61,972 nucleotides of DNA from Pseudomonadota bacterium (lineage in GTDB: Bacteria; Bdellovibrionota; FAC87; UBA2466). Of the stretch, positions 19,601-26,585 are shown one piece after another (position 1 is the first letter of the stretch; every line of letters starts with the position of its first letter). Below the pieces are notes generated by a model. It was not told where the DNA came from, ran no database searches, and saw only the letters and a list, made by a program, of their open reading frames with translations. The DNA is taken from NCBI GenBank assembly GCA_043767805.1, contig JAYUGC010000113.1, positions 1 through 61,972 of the forward strand, given 5' to 3'. The position numbers and the translations under genes were made by a program.

Positions 19601-21979
19601 GGCTCCTTCGGCGAATTCATGACTCACTACCGGCCTAAGGGGAAAGAGACGCTTCTCGGGATTGCCCAAAAATTCAACCGCGCGAAGCCGGGGCAGTATC
19701 GCAAGTTTCTCGCCGACGGCAGCATGACCTATCTTGATTTGATCGAAGGCTTCGAAAACGAGAGAACGGCTATTCTGGACGGTTTCACGGTCGATGACGT
19801 GCGGGTGATCGTCGCGCAGGCCAATGAAACTTCTCAAACGGGACGCGCTAAAGCCGCCAAGGTGATGCTCGAGCTTCTGGCGAGTCGCCATCAGATCGAC
19901 GTTCCGCTCTTCGTTCAGGCGATAGCGGGCGCGGCGAAAGATCGCCCCGCGGTCTCCGCGGACGCTAAAGTGGGCACCGACAAGGGATGGTTGAAGGACA
20001 CTAAGCTCATTAATCTGGCGGGCGAAATGTTACCGCGTGCGGCGCGCGCTCTGCGCGATCAGGTGAAAGCGGATCCGTCGAAAATCGACCAAATGATGGG
20101 TTACGCCTACTTCCAGGTCCCGCAGGGTTTCGTGCACGTGCCGCTTAGCGCGCTCAGAGTCGGAAGTGGCAGCGGCCCGGACGCGAAGCCAGCCGACCCG
20201 AAACATTTGCAGTTTCTCGATCTCGTTTCCGCTCACCATGCGAAAATCGATTCGACTTTCTCGAACGCTTTGTACGAGCGAGGCGTTTCGGTCGGCGAGT
20301 TTCAGCTCTATTTCCGTGAGTTCGTTCGCAACAAGGCAGGCCTGTTCAGCAATCCGCCGGACGCGGCCCGCCAAGCGAAGCTCGACTTCATGGCGGCGAT
20401 CCGCAGCCGACCCAAGCCGGGTGAGACGAAAATGGACGGCTTGCAGGCTTTGACGAAGGAGTGGAACGAGGTCGAAGCGCTCATCACGGCGGATCCCAAA
20501 GATCCGGCCGCCGTGGCGAGGCTTGCGAAGATTGAGCCGACGATCCTCGCCCTGGCCGAGCGCTCTGGTTTCGTCGATGGCCAGGGGGGCGCGAACCCGG
20601 TGGGCCTGTTCCATTTCCTCGAGCAAGCCCGCGCCGAGAAGGCGCCCAAAGAAGGACCGGACAGCCGTACGGTGGCTCAGCTCATGCCGGAGGCGCAGCG
20701 TTTGGCCCGCCTGGACATGGTCGCCAAAGCCAGAGACGGCTCGCTCAGCGTCGAGGCTTTGCTGACTCACGACCTGTTCTTGGATCCGCGCTATCAATTC
20801 CGCACGACGGGAAAACTCCATTTCCGCCCCGAGGCCCTGGCCATGATTCCTCAAGACGTCGTGTTGCGCGCGTACCAAAAAGCGGTGAACCCGGAACAGA
20901 AGCGGGCTTACGCCGAGGCCATCGTGCGCATAGCGCAGGAGTCCGGCTATGTTCCAAGGCACCTCGAGGAAGGGTTCCTAAATTTCCTCGTCGGATACCG
21001 GGGCAGCCGCGGCGCGACCGTCGTGGACCTCGCCCAGCTCTATCAGAGTGGCCACGTGAGTGAGCTCGGGCACATGCTGGCGTCGGGAGCGCTGGATCTA
21101 GGCGGCCTCGAAGGCCTGCCGGATTCGACGGCAAATAAGGTTCAAAACACCGTTCGCGCGTTGGTGAGAGTGGAGCTGAAGCCTTCCCGGGCCGAAGAAG
21201 TCTTGGACTCGCTGACCGTGGAGTCCGTCGGGAAGCTCGTGGATCAGGCCAAGAACCCGAATCATCCGAACTCGGTCAACGCGAGAAACATCGTTCGGAC
21301 CATCTCCCATCGCATGGGAACGGAGCCCGAATATTTCGAGACTTTCTTTGCGGACTATCGGAAAGGAAAAGAGAGTAGCGCCATCTACGATGCGTTGGGA
21401 CAGTTCATGGGGATCAAGCTCGATCCTCGTCAGCTCCGGACGATGAAAGACGTGGCGCCTTATTTCTGGAAGGCGAGTAACGAGGCCGTCCGCAACACTC
21501 TGGAAGCGCGGCCGGAAGTGCTCGAGAAGCTAGCGACCACGAGCTTCTTCGCTCAAGAGAACCCCTTCCGCTTCCTGCCCACTTCGGCGCTTCGTCTGAC
21601 GGAAACCAAGCGGATGGAGCGCTCTCCGAACAGCGCCGAAGTGACGGAAGTCACCGTGCCCTCAAATGCGATTCACCACTTACTCATAGATAAGGCGGGC
21701 AGCGACGCGGTTCGAAACGACGCCGTTTTCCTCAAGGCCTTGCAAACCCGCCAGGTCGAAGGAGTGAACGAGTCGGACGCGTTCGTGGCTCATCTGAAGC
21801 AAGTCTTGATCGGGGAGCCGGGCAAGTACAGGAACGTCAGTGACGCCGTGGAAGCGGCGAAGAAGAGTTACTTGCTGACGCCGCGGTCGGTGCCGGTGCC
21901 AAAGACCAGCAGCCTACTTCGAAGCGGTCTCAATATTGTTGAGCGCCGCTTTGCGCACGGACTCATGGTAGCCGTCTAA
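7607..21979 (+). CDS. Giant (4790 aa) alpha-helical hypothetical protein
   Basis: 14.4-kb uninterrupted ORF. The TTG start lacks an RBS and the product has no signal peptide. Gly/Ala-rich hydrophobic block at about 18140-18940; duplicated C-terminal module. Confidence 0.9.
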   Translation: MSDEFKKAMTDLRDSPTRGADLDGHLFLQLLQTPDSTTNTGHSLLGLEGLEDSAKQDFYTVVGAIRAQDPFAGALVEPGGKTLSSPEELFARMAYREDPAVLKTLEFKGGPGYADSPEYLRETLSRAFADLEKPETHHLGLDRSRALPSQMGLLSEEERKVQREILSAAQLAVERMDGHQLSADDAVLLEEERALKSKLSKNCPSNADYELKRLIEIAKAKDKKSIPIRTRLALLKLPAGHMEILRFLIDKAATPAEKDRLSALIYAPSANAIRTELGKLPSELLVLDYNQPRFKREYDQRNGVSSVPLPSIFGKKNEAGAANPNFRPEAARYYALNAFKYEAHGSPEGSSDPQAFFSCFKPPYVDALAIYVGDIDGWGLTTPQILAEMEKVRSGKLAEANPKVQGFLQELYANRGANRLDSDIIRLGQWRRAKDHRAPTSEERMAFLGDTLLPASHEQAPSLRSEREGVVKFVATPTTQTPSALRCEDEDQALKSVLAEQFPAVAEALVSSDPAKLVHAWIAVNRGNLSFDPAKIPLPEKTDPRWKKLSETVVPSKDKAAFWDRIKQDPIAGLGKEAAPAIRRQILSRLMPQLVLSAPKAAENPLPGLTPETKAAREQAVSRRIEDIQNLVNYAQRNLVGIDALFALQSASPETGADAPEEFRKGFLAFNRAMESNIRAVPGQFVDGISGELDRLLSGLMEEERLKVPMDAFLLHDRISLREYHRVGAEKDGTRQPVTPDGSPDLSNLAKEEAFLKGVQARHQYFAQQGLKQKRLEALGSQNEFLTQFSRHLGRLGPEVLPAAQLKAVLDQLGRINAALTVGQKAALLQTLGNFALYCQSKPDNCSLPLRESVGLMNAMSLRDFETLNPLVYQQHLKTPNESKDPFLGDNRRLFSKCLLRDEPPREVAKTEEPKPEVAPLVPFKLDNSRPDGPSAQGPTAANKDPIWGLPETFITEDGKPKSAEMRDGSSPFFAEKAEMTAEARQKVWLKNEARVAEALDDLANPALTAEDLQKRFGAYYQSRFGQPMPTGPLSPVTAQKLRFALVSDLFEQAAAASGTAQRSRLLAALSSLPGSDGTVGGLRKALDGLFDTSTKNEFQLAAKFQAVNDWLIQEASHGVGNSDSRMSRLLGLVSSTLDDYWDPTQNKAHADSASTLRMEGEYERHYPELAELRTRLQTAAVNEGKFLYGSARHWAYSSPETIQAVSDLGNTLLRYEPKALVSALTDAGGDAKRASKVDELHKLWGRFALEPNADPMAADFKPGNLNTNRVRALAMETLLRKYKFNVGELEQMLGTYLKGARLVSPYEMALGLDPNLGIYNTKSHADVLKQPVKDEDKEGMIAELLMDARGIGAYLRRNNPVPMPGQTPNPKRDELTKKFAESWPTTAEMKATIGSLKYWAGPEQGGERTRQEIQAKFGFLTDHQSDQLNRALSVLRKLPKRDLPSDAEIMRVIATEVFRTYSNGEVGAEKTIPAVLKPDADALLETVRSLHELVKSDRPVLEADLAGATKGLKELLGQASLVQDPESGLKNWILGSMNRNMGISGLLTDLFEYRHPWVKLDSIENVLTTLDPRLRDTDPLVREQLRNLARILKASRWLEDKENPTDAEIEKAVSEASFGVTPDQKTPEEMAAEIKRLSSWVKLSLHIAKKAPTDRKLDQDLASFIPAERTPEAIRSDAHLISEFFKISRTFSPRDSDRAQLAKLRDQGLDHHLIDTWVKALQVDMDHLAGVAPHKALDAIRSSSAARDEILGAISLITRHLKDDPVPFSMTPKKDAPFSILADRFGRTHRIEGLYPWIKDQLNETDEGKYTAALMGVLPIGVKDVTDDAPEKAPLVGDKNELFAQALSVLRCRLLEEVLRLQYGYSARGGSSQSALLHFDNDVRKNDQKLGVLYAKVIRDVEVKLLEQYSDAEVDMKAFRDKLKSTDPVAYLNTLRERTLPSEAEMRDGRVVAVPGCVYQDTYRSTASGGPDKKGPGWILAGPNRAFSEWAREELRRGGRDGVSEILRDDNRFLSALSGELSQSFGPYAGFYRPQNTWTAEKTYPALHEWGYSVALQRGKYPTDGFAPRDPPPAVLAALAELPKEKKEALTSQLEAAKKEALRKDKAAENLVGTGPTFGVRTVHPDHDVEEAGKALRAAHETRKAIYDSILETHAQSFRTPASPIPAGAEAQLMKLSLPMRELLSVVLFHERDRAAVIEAKLRELDRDPKANEKEITKLRSEVKAIHLLANRLILVPDVSTLASVAWKDPKLRMWLLDKATPRLSPPEEGKAFTDLTDKLRRWDKLLLKPGEEALSLEEREAVRDQFERVLHFAAAPSSGPFEETRGSNDRGKKAASHFVSLLLRMTEEAGSLEFARKNSGFAKDYEAVMGGDARFTPQATLGELQSERRLAHDGCAGDKATSLTCVKLNERLKKMDGLGRGLSTQARLRYLTPGEDQLQEGDFHALERLENDLLPQTHTQNDKAEGIRLTQENLMAFPSKGVIDQASRNYDLGRFLYRTQNESVPRVSEEVIERLVKVAQNGKAQVFGWKITDKGPTLVVEEKACETIKPLPENPGEVDTEVIADVVMSKEDSEVILGGATRLANYQAFQTAYEGLKLSSPTGQEPDYAEVMEKAKPIFDEKRDKLLTDLVTMAARRYLQIAIREAGNPADLRLSAPNSKAGCALRALLGKAHIYDIQKVQQDVFRSEKIAETRAAGKGDGTVSPKEMGEKLERFMSSPEFLVEIERKFEHEVAFHDGTQEQTRPVFNAAVTETTLKDGLGACYDSWKKGGKTVPAITRQDDPRVLKLATAIEAETLAIRSLHQMNQVEADLRARAAETTISDTAADLSFFSDPKTGLVTSIEKQLARFKNPKLNPELNTHEMKKTVERLEEQLASHKSNASRLTFDLYRNRLRVEAALNAPLDGPKTQEEILSDIDSISRIKSLYEEESNRLHLALPEDRRPPFAAFPPNDFFGNVYDDPQLRGYVERFVRAKLAAVAEKRKLHQVPEGYDPRLDEAALIDIKLQSLIRKAGALKRSERMQKMEEELGKMATAQDQSVILKVQDDFDQMAVHCMELLADKGRWPVFTDDDGKHFDLADIAAVRNHIMAFEAQRAGFKALVSSLLPPPGVKLAKDMDGTRAFEHFVASHPTYKEALIAMQGNDSLFPLNEAALHSLEKDTFQRAFDERNQEEIKLKESLEGLAELGFQWNGTSLQWGQGKDGLKLHLIGPKGKIKSLAELKARLEGLRAHGAYKLNGNNPWSLLMEDIWLKYSNTGFKPLIEFGNSAICMMSFLHETDEARADGIYSQSTGREQNLPDHELCFDPTLTKVSDKHRVKSARLGGGIEDQKGISSTFLSDMGHAEKYLAFMSLEDARARATKIAAEVKAGMSGEANKYDLLRKELMGQSSNMFAAFQDLDQISWERNPQGNIWMRNLGWTSVKGAANALDKSWGALGKLRDTLASDISRLEALGGITIDWQASDHTVQQPASSIAQMLRQQQKYVTDPDFFKNVPREVMENIDALQEFYTEMLITEIATAGLGGVFQAARFGLRGAMVADAAKYAVLAERLEKGMALTEHVVKGVRSAYRFGIGGKVVGDLISKLNEKERGYMMTQSGVQLRDGARKSRWVFGLLPLTGPVVQSMAQLSGVPAHLIPWVAGPLSMGGTHYGVEIANGHDPLHSLIGTVPMAMFGLPVSRLAGGLYANGMKQPILGSVLRPTWVQKPLMGIASYGYFASVTATGGALSHYLSPGINRDEETGELVYTSPFTGKEVKDATILKIMGDAVFGNIGMDMFFARNHIAEVQSNAAASLFRSGTSYRQVIDTFSGGKPQKAQQAHQMLIQGLAHTSVSEIRNMRQKAIERRREVEKNPLNVEAARELEGLEQSLSLFAKTAGHGEKEFGTVDEAAINSFMTSLEAHTKGGLGNRPLMEVVDKMSFELAVAKVSDLKKKDASLDEWLALVKDPIYQGSGASSMARIMILPPEIIQKALASPKHKEAFFPVLEQLAGIVSIRPDRMGSFGEFMTHYRPKGKETLLGIAQKFNRAKPGQYRKFLADGSMTYLDLIEGFENERTAILDGFTVDDVRVIVAQANETSQTGRAKAAKVMLELLASRHQIDVPLFVQAIAGAAKDRPAVSADAKVGTDKGWLKDTKLINLAGEMLPRAARALRDQVKADPSKIDQMMGYAYFQVPQGFVHVPLSALRVGSGSGPDAKPADPKHLQFLDLVSAHHAKIDSTFSNALYERGVSVGEFQLYFREFVRNKAGLFSNPPDAARQAKLDFMAAIRSRPKPGETKMDGLQALTKEWNEVEALITADPKDPAAVARLAKIEPTILALAERSGFVDGQGGANPVGLFHFLEQARAEKAPKEGPDSRTVAQLMPEAQRLARLDMVAKARDGSLSVEALLTHDLFLDPRYQFRTTGKLHFRPEALAMIPQDVVLRAYQKAVNPEQKRAYAEAIVRIAQESGYVPRHLEEGFLNFLVGYRGSRGATVVDLAQLYQSGHVSELGHMLASGALDLGGLEGLPDSTANKVQNTVRALVRVELKPSRAEEVLDSLTVESVGKLVDQAKNPNHPNSVNARNIVRTISHRMGTEPEYFETFFADYRKGKESSAIYDALGQFMGIKLDPRQLRTMKDVAPYFWKASNEAVRNTLEARPEVLEKLATTSFFAQENPFRFLPTSALRLTETKRMERSPNSAEVTEVTVPSNAIHHLLIDKAGSDAVRNDAVFLKALQTRQVEGVNESDAFVAHLKQVLIGEPGKYRNVSDAVEAAKKSYLLTPRSVPVPKTSSLLRSGLNIVERRFAHGLMVAV

Positions 21980-23113
21980 GATAGGCGTGATGGGATCTTC
22001 CTTGGGCTGATAGCTGTCGGCCAGGACATAGGTCTTTCCTTCATAAGCGGTCGAGTTGGACGCCGCTGGAAAAGACATGACTTCGTATTGAGGGAGCTTG
22101 TTTTCGATTTCCTCGAGTTGCGCGGCCGCGGACTTTCTCGCCGCGCCGGCGAGCTTCTTGGATTTTAGTTTTTTGCGCAGACCCTCGGCTTCCCGCGACT
22201 GGTTTTCCACGAGAATCCGGAAGGACTCCGCCACCGTATCGCTCCTTAGAAAGACGACGGGAAGCGTGGGTACGATTTTTAATATGGCGACCGCTCTCCC
22301 GCGGCTCATGGGATTGGTGCGCACCGAGGTGGGGCTATCCTGCAGGAAGCCCGGATCGGAATCGACGAGGTCTCCGCCTAAATAGAAATGAACGCGGCCG
22401 ACCTTTTCGCGAATCGCTTTTTGTTCGGTCTGCGAGAGCGAGGACAAAAGAATGAATAGTCTCCTATCCAGAGTCTCGGGAGGCAAACTGGCGACGACCT
22501 CGCTAAAAGCTTTTACGGGATCGGTGGCTTCCGCCTCCGAAGAGGCCGGGTAACTGAGATAAGCCGGTGAGGAAAGGCCCACGAAAGTTACGAGCGTCTT
22601 CCCCGACTTCACTTCCAGGTAAGGCTCGAAAAGCCGCTTCTTCGTGGTTTTGTCGATGAGGTTCGCGCTGATGAAAGGAAACTTCGCCTGTTTGGCGAGC
22701 TCTTTCAAATTGTCCACGCCGAGCAGAGTGTCCTCGATAGAGGGACTGAGCAGATTGGTTCCAAGCTCGTTTAGCCCCTTGATGAGGTAGGCCGCTTTCT
22801 GAAGGTAATGAGCGTGCAAGGTGGGGTTGTAGTTGACCGAGGCTGGGAGAAACGTCACGCCGGCCGTCGCTTTGAACCCTTTAAAGGAGAGCTTCTTATA
22901 GAGACTCCATTCTCTTTGAAGCCCGCCCACGGGAAAGGAGGTGCAGCCACAAGGCTCGAGCTCGCCCATCCGGTGATTGGTATACGCCAAGTAAAAGGTC
23001 TCGTTCTCGTCCGCACTGGCGGAAGAGGCGGCGTCGCGAGTCGTCTCCGTAGGGACTTGTCCCGCACAGGCGGAGAGAAGGAGTGTCAAAATAAAGACTA
23101 AGAATGCGCGCAT
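21914..23113 (-). CDS. UshA/5'-nucleotidase-like (metallophosphatase fold) lipoprotein
   Basis: GAGGT RBS then ATG at 23113; lipobox LSAC; motifs GELEPCGC...GGL and FPFISANL. Confidence 0.7.
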   Translation of the reverse strand: MRAFLVFILTLLLSACAGQVPTETTRDAASSASADENETFYLAYTNHRMGELEPCGCTSFPVGGLQREWSLYKKLSFKGFKATAGVTFLPASVNYNPTLHAHYLQKAAYLIKGLNELGTNLLSPSIEDTLLGVDNLKELAKQAKFPFISANLIDKTTKKRLFEPYLEVKSGKTLVTFVGLSSPAYLSYPASSEAEATDPVKAFSEVVASLPPETLDRRLFILLSSLSQTEQKAIREKVGRVHFYLGGDLVDSDPGFLQDSPTSVRTNPMSRGRAVAILKIVPTLPVVFLRSDTVAESFRILVENQSREAEGLRKKLKSKKLAGAARKSAAAQLEEIENKLPQYEVMSFPAASNSTAYEGKTYVLADSYQPKEDPITPILDGYHESVRKAALNNIETASK

Positions 23114-23400
23114 GGGTGACCTCGAAAAGCGATTACTCAAAGTGTACTACGGGTTTCTGGAACTGCATCGTGCGATGGTTCAGCTTGGGCCATTTGAATC
23201 TCGGGGCGTTTTGCATGATAATAACAAAAGGAATACGGTTACCTAATGGTCGACGATGCGGAATTTGGCCGAGAAAAGTCACCGGCAGGCAAAACGGTAT
23301 TCTCGTCAGCGGTTAGCCGCTCTGTCCTAAGTAATTAGAATCATTAATTTTTAATATTTGTTTGGTTGGGCGTATTCGTACACAAAAAGGGTACGCAGCT

Positions 23401-23416
23401 TGGCAGTCAAGTTGCA
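23401..23416 (+). promoter_or_regulatory. sigma54 -24/-12 promoter
   Basis: TGGCAGTCAAGTTGCA, preceded by an AT-rich IHF-like tract at about 23330-23360. Confidence 0.7.
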
Positions 23417-23493
23417 GAATCCCACTGCAGGGATTTCGTCTACGACGAGCGTCCTGTGGAAATAGGCTTTAGGGGTCATTCGGAGGAATGGTA

Positions 23494-24846
23494 ATGAGAC
23501 TCTCAGATAAGTTGATTCGTTTCGGAGTTGGGTTGTCGCTGATCAGCGGGATTTTTGCCGTGGCTCCTGCGATGGCAGCTGGTCCTTTGATGTACGCGAG
23601 ACCTCCGATGGCTCGTGGCAAGGTCTTGGAGATGCCTAACCACATCGCCAACGCCGGCGATACCGCGAAACGGCTCGAAGCCATGCGGGCTAAGATCGAG
23701 CTCTTCTCGGTGCAGGATCGGACGATGGCGGACACTTTCGTCAGCCGCTCGGCCGAGCTCAAAATCGAGAAGGCGGAAGCTGAAAAGTTCGCCGGTGAGT
23801 TTAAGAAACTCACGGACGATCTCACCAATATCATGGGCGACAAGACCCGCTCCGTGGAAGCGGTTTATGCCGATGCGGTCGCGAAATTGCGCGAACGTGA
23901 ATCGCTTTATGACTCTTTCTTGAGTGAAAAAGTGAAGATCGATTTCGATATCACCCGGTCCAATCGTCCGGGCGGTAAAGAAGGCGTAAGCGACTGGGGT
24001 GGCTCGGTTGCTTTCGGCAAGAAGCCGACCGCCGGCACTGCTTCCCGCAGTGAAGTGGTAGCCAACGGCGAAGGAACTCCAGCTCATGACGGTCCCGAGG
24101 CTCCGGCGAACTCTCGCGTCGCCACGGCGGGCGCGGCGGCCACCAAGGCTCGCGGCGTAGCCGAGTTCTGGGGAAAGTTTAGCCCTGAGAAGGGTTGCTC
24201 GAGTGGTTTCTGTATGACCCTCGTCACCGCTCTCGGTGGTGCCGGCCCGGGTAACCAGGTCGCTGGCAAAGTCGATTCCTTCGTGAAGATGTTGTCCAAC
24301 GCCGGCAATCACGAGGCGGCGGAAAATTTCGTGAATCGCCTCAAATCGGTGGTCGATTTCGTCAACAAGACGCAAGATCCCGCCCAGAAGCGTGAGCTCA
24401 CGGCGATTCTCGGGCAGATGCTCAGCTCGCGCGGTATTACCGCCGAGAGCTTCGACGAGATGGAAGGTTTCGCCAAGGGCGGCGACGTCGCGGCGATTCA
24501 GGGCATGCACCGCATGGCGACGGTCTTGAAGAACCTTCGCGAGCACTTCGAGAAGAATATCGAAAAGGCTCCTAAAGAAGGCACGCCTGAGCACGAAGCT
24601 TGGCTCGCTCGCCGTGATAAGTGGGCTGGCGACAAGTTGCGTGACTGGGTCGATTACGGCGAAGAGTTCCGTACGTCGGTCGCCAAGGGTTCCGAAATCG
24701 GCAAGGCCGAATGGGCGAAGTGGATGGAAGGTAAGACCGACCACGACAAATTGGCCGACAACGATCCTAACAAGCGTCCGGATAAAGATCTCGGCAAGAG
24801 CCTCGGCGCTTGCGGCGGTTGGATGCGTAAGTCTCCGACCACCTAA
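23494..24846 (+). CDS. Secreted coiled-coil hypothetical protein
   Basis: GGAGGA at 23482-23487 then ATG at 23494; signal peptide ending PAMAA; heptad-rich N-terminal half. Confidence 0.8.
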   Translation: MRLSDKLIRFGVGLSLISGIFAVAPAMAAGPLMYARPPMARGKVLEMPNHIANAGDTAKRLEAMRAKIELFSVQDRTMADTFVSRSAELKIEKAEAEKFAGEFKKLTDDLTNIMGDKTRSVEAVYADAVAKLRERESLYDSFLSEKVKIDFDITRSNRPGGKEGVSDWGGSVAFGKKPTAGTASRSEVVANGEGTPAHDGPEAPANSRVATAGAAATKARGVAEFWGKFSPEKGCSSGFCMTLVTALGGAGPGNQVAGKVDSFVKMLSNAGNHEAAENFVNRLKSVVDFVNKTQDPAQKRELTAILGQMLSSRGITAESFDEMEGFAKGGDVAAIQGMHRMATVLKNLREHFEKNIEKAPKEGTPEHEAWLARRDKWAGDKLRDWVDYGEEFRTSVAKGSEIGKAEWAKWMEGKTDHDKLADNDPNKRPDKDLGKSLGACGGWMRKSPTT

Positions 24847-24874
24847 TAGCCTAGTCTAGTTCAAACGGTTCTCG

Positions 24875-24912
24875 AAGAGCCGGGGAGCGAAAGCCCCCGG
24901 CTCTTTTTTTTT
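24875..24912 (+). terminator. Rho-independent terminator between convergent genes
   Basis: AAGAGCCGGGG...CCCCGGCTCTT stem followed by a T-run. Confidence 0.85.
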
Positions 24913-24922
24913 GTGCGGAAAA

Positions 24923-25108
24923 TTATTTGTGGTCGGGGCAGGTGGCGGAGGAGCAATGCTTTTCGCTGGCAGTGCCACGATAGGTGTCGGCGCAGGAAGC
25001 CTTCGAGGCGCCGGCGTTGATATCGGCGGCCGCCGTCGTGGTGGGTTCCTGGGCCGCGCAGCCGGCAAGCCAGAGTCCGAGGCAAAGAATGCTGAGCAAA
25101 CGAGTCAT
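24923..25108 (-). CDS. Small lipoprotein
   Basis: GGGAG RBS; lipobox LAGC; Cys-containing tail. Confidence 0.65.
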   Translation of the reverse strand: MTRLLSILCLGLWLAGCAAQEPTTTAAADINAGASKASCADTYRGTASEKHCSSATCPDHK

Positions 25109-25389
25109 GAGAATCTCCCTTTTTGGCGTGAAGTAGTCTTATTCTATCCGTTCCGACCACGAGCCGTCCAATTCCTATACAGCGGCAGAAGCCCCATGAT
25201 TGCGAGCCCCTAGGCCGAGGGGTCCGGACCTCGTCTGAAATTGATCCCCCCGTCAGTCCACCGACAGTCGTCAGGTCTATCCCCATCAATGATTAACCAT
25301 TAACAATAAATACTTAACTTACCTTAGGGGGGCGCGAGATCGCGAGCGGATTGGCCGACGATATGCACCTTAAGGTCCCGGGGGGGTTC

Positions 25390-25971
25390 ATGTTTCGTTT
25401 GCGCCTGGAGATAACCGGGGCTCAAGGCCCGGCACGGCTCGTGGAGCTACGGCTCGCGGAGAAGGCCACCGTCAAGGTGGGCCGCCTCGGCTGTGACGTA
25501 CTCCTAGAAGACCGTGCGGTCTCGCGCAGTCATCTCGGTTTTGGGGTCCAAAAGGGCCTGCTCGTCGCCGGAGACCTCGGTAGCACCGGCGGTACCCTTC
25601 ACAATGGCAAGGCCTTGAAACGAGCCACGGTCCATAAGGGCGACCTCTTTCAGGTGGGCTCTCACTCGGTTTTGGTTTTGGGATTTCGGAAGATTGAAGA
25701 AAGGGCGCCCAAGCGCCGCTTGGGCTTACCGAAACCGCGCTTCAACCGCTGGGCCATTGCTTCCTCGTTCGCCGCGGTCCTCATGCTGGCTTTTATCGTC
25801 GGTACCTCTCGTTCCGACGAGTCCGGCCTTTATGGACCATCTCACGCTTCTGTCGTCGATATCGACGGCGCCTTGAGCGGCGTGCGCCGCTGGGTTCGCG
25901 CCCGTCAGTACGCTCCGCCTGATCCCACGCGCCCTCGGACGGTCGACTACAATAACCTCTTCCAGGACTAA
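25390..25971 (+). CDS. FHA-domain membrane protein
   Basis: FHA motifs VGR, VSRSH and DLGSTGGT.NG, followed by one transmembrane helix. Confidence 0.8.
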   Translation: MFRLRLEITGAQGPARLVELRLAEKATVKVGRLGCDVLLEDRAVSRSHLGFGVQKGLLVAGDLGSTGGTLHNGKALKRATVHKGDLFQVGSHSVLVLGFRKIEERAPKRRLGLPKPRFNRWAIASSFAAVLMLAFIVGTSRSDESGLYGPSHASVVDIDGALSGVRRWVRARQYAPPDPTRPRTVDYNNLFQD

Positions 25972-26420
25972 ATTTCTTTTTCGGCTTCGAGCGCCTTTTC
26001 GGATTCGAGCTGCAAGCGCTTTTGCTCGGTGATCTTTTCCGCGGGGATGAGAGGCCCACGGCCTACGCCCGGACAGAACGCCGCGACTTCACGAGCCCAG
26101 CCTTTAGCTCCCATCACTTCGGGCCAGAAGGGCCAGGTGCGGCACTGAGTGGGACGGCCCTCGTAGACGCCGCACTTGGTACCGTCGAGAAAACGGCAAT
26201 CCGCCGACGTCTCATGGTCCTTCAAATGCCAGTAACCTTCGGTCTTGCCACAATGGAGGCGAGTGAACTCCCGAAGCGGAAGCTTCATGCTGGCGGCCAT
26301 CCGCTTACGATCCTCGAGCGTCATATAGACGAAGCCATACTGACCGCGGGACGCGCAGCACTTACCGGAACCCTGACATTCGAACCGAACTCCGCCGGCC
26401 CACCATTTCGCTCGAGGCAT
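25968..26420 (-). CDS. YkgJ-family cysteine-cluster protein
   Basis: Motifs FECQGSGKCC, DCRFL and CGVYEGRPTQCRTWPFW, plus CPG. Confidence 0.9.
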   Translation of the reverse strand: MPRAKWWAGGVRFECQGSGKCCASRGQYGFVYMTLEDRKRMAASMKLPLREFTRLHCGKTEGYWHLKDHETSADCRFLDGTKCGVYEGRPTQCRTWPFWPEVMGAKGWAREVAAFCPGVGRGPLIPAEKITEQKRLQLESEKALEAEKEI

Positions 26421-26495
26421 AGCCGACAAATATAACAGAAGAAGGAGGCTTGTCAGTCGTAGCCTAGCGGACCTTAGTTCCGCCAGCGAAGGCTG

Positions 26496-26535
26496 AAAAA
26501 TGAGGAGGGGCCTTTCCGTGAAGAAAGACCCCTCC
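26496..26535 (-). terminator. Rho-independent terminator of the lipoprotein pair
   Basis: GGAGGGGCCTTTC/GAAAGACCCCTCC stem preceded by AAAAA on the plus strand (U-tract on the minus strand). Confidence 0.6.
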
Positions 26536-26585
26536 CCGACGCCTTGGTTTTGTAGTGGACTAGGACTGTCTAACCCCCGGAAAAC

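Noticed and set aside
7989..21310. Long antisense and alternative-frame ORFs inside the giant gene (e.g. 17498-18790, 18884-19891), and similar ones within ileS
   Set aside because: Expected shadow ORFs of GC-rich coding DNA, with no RBS or recognisable motifs.
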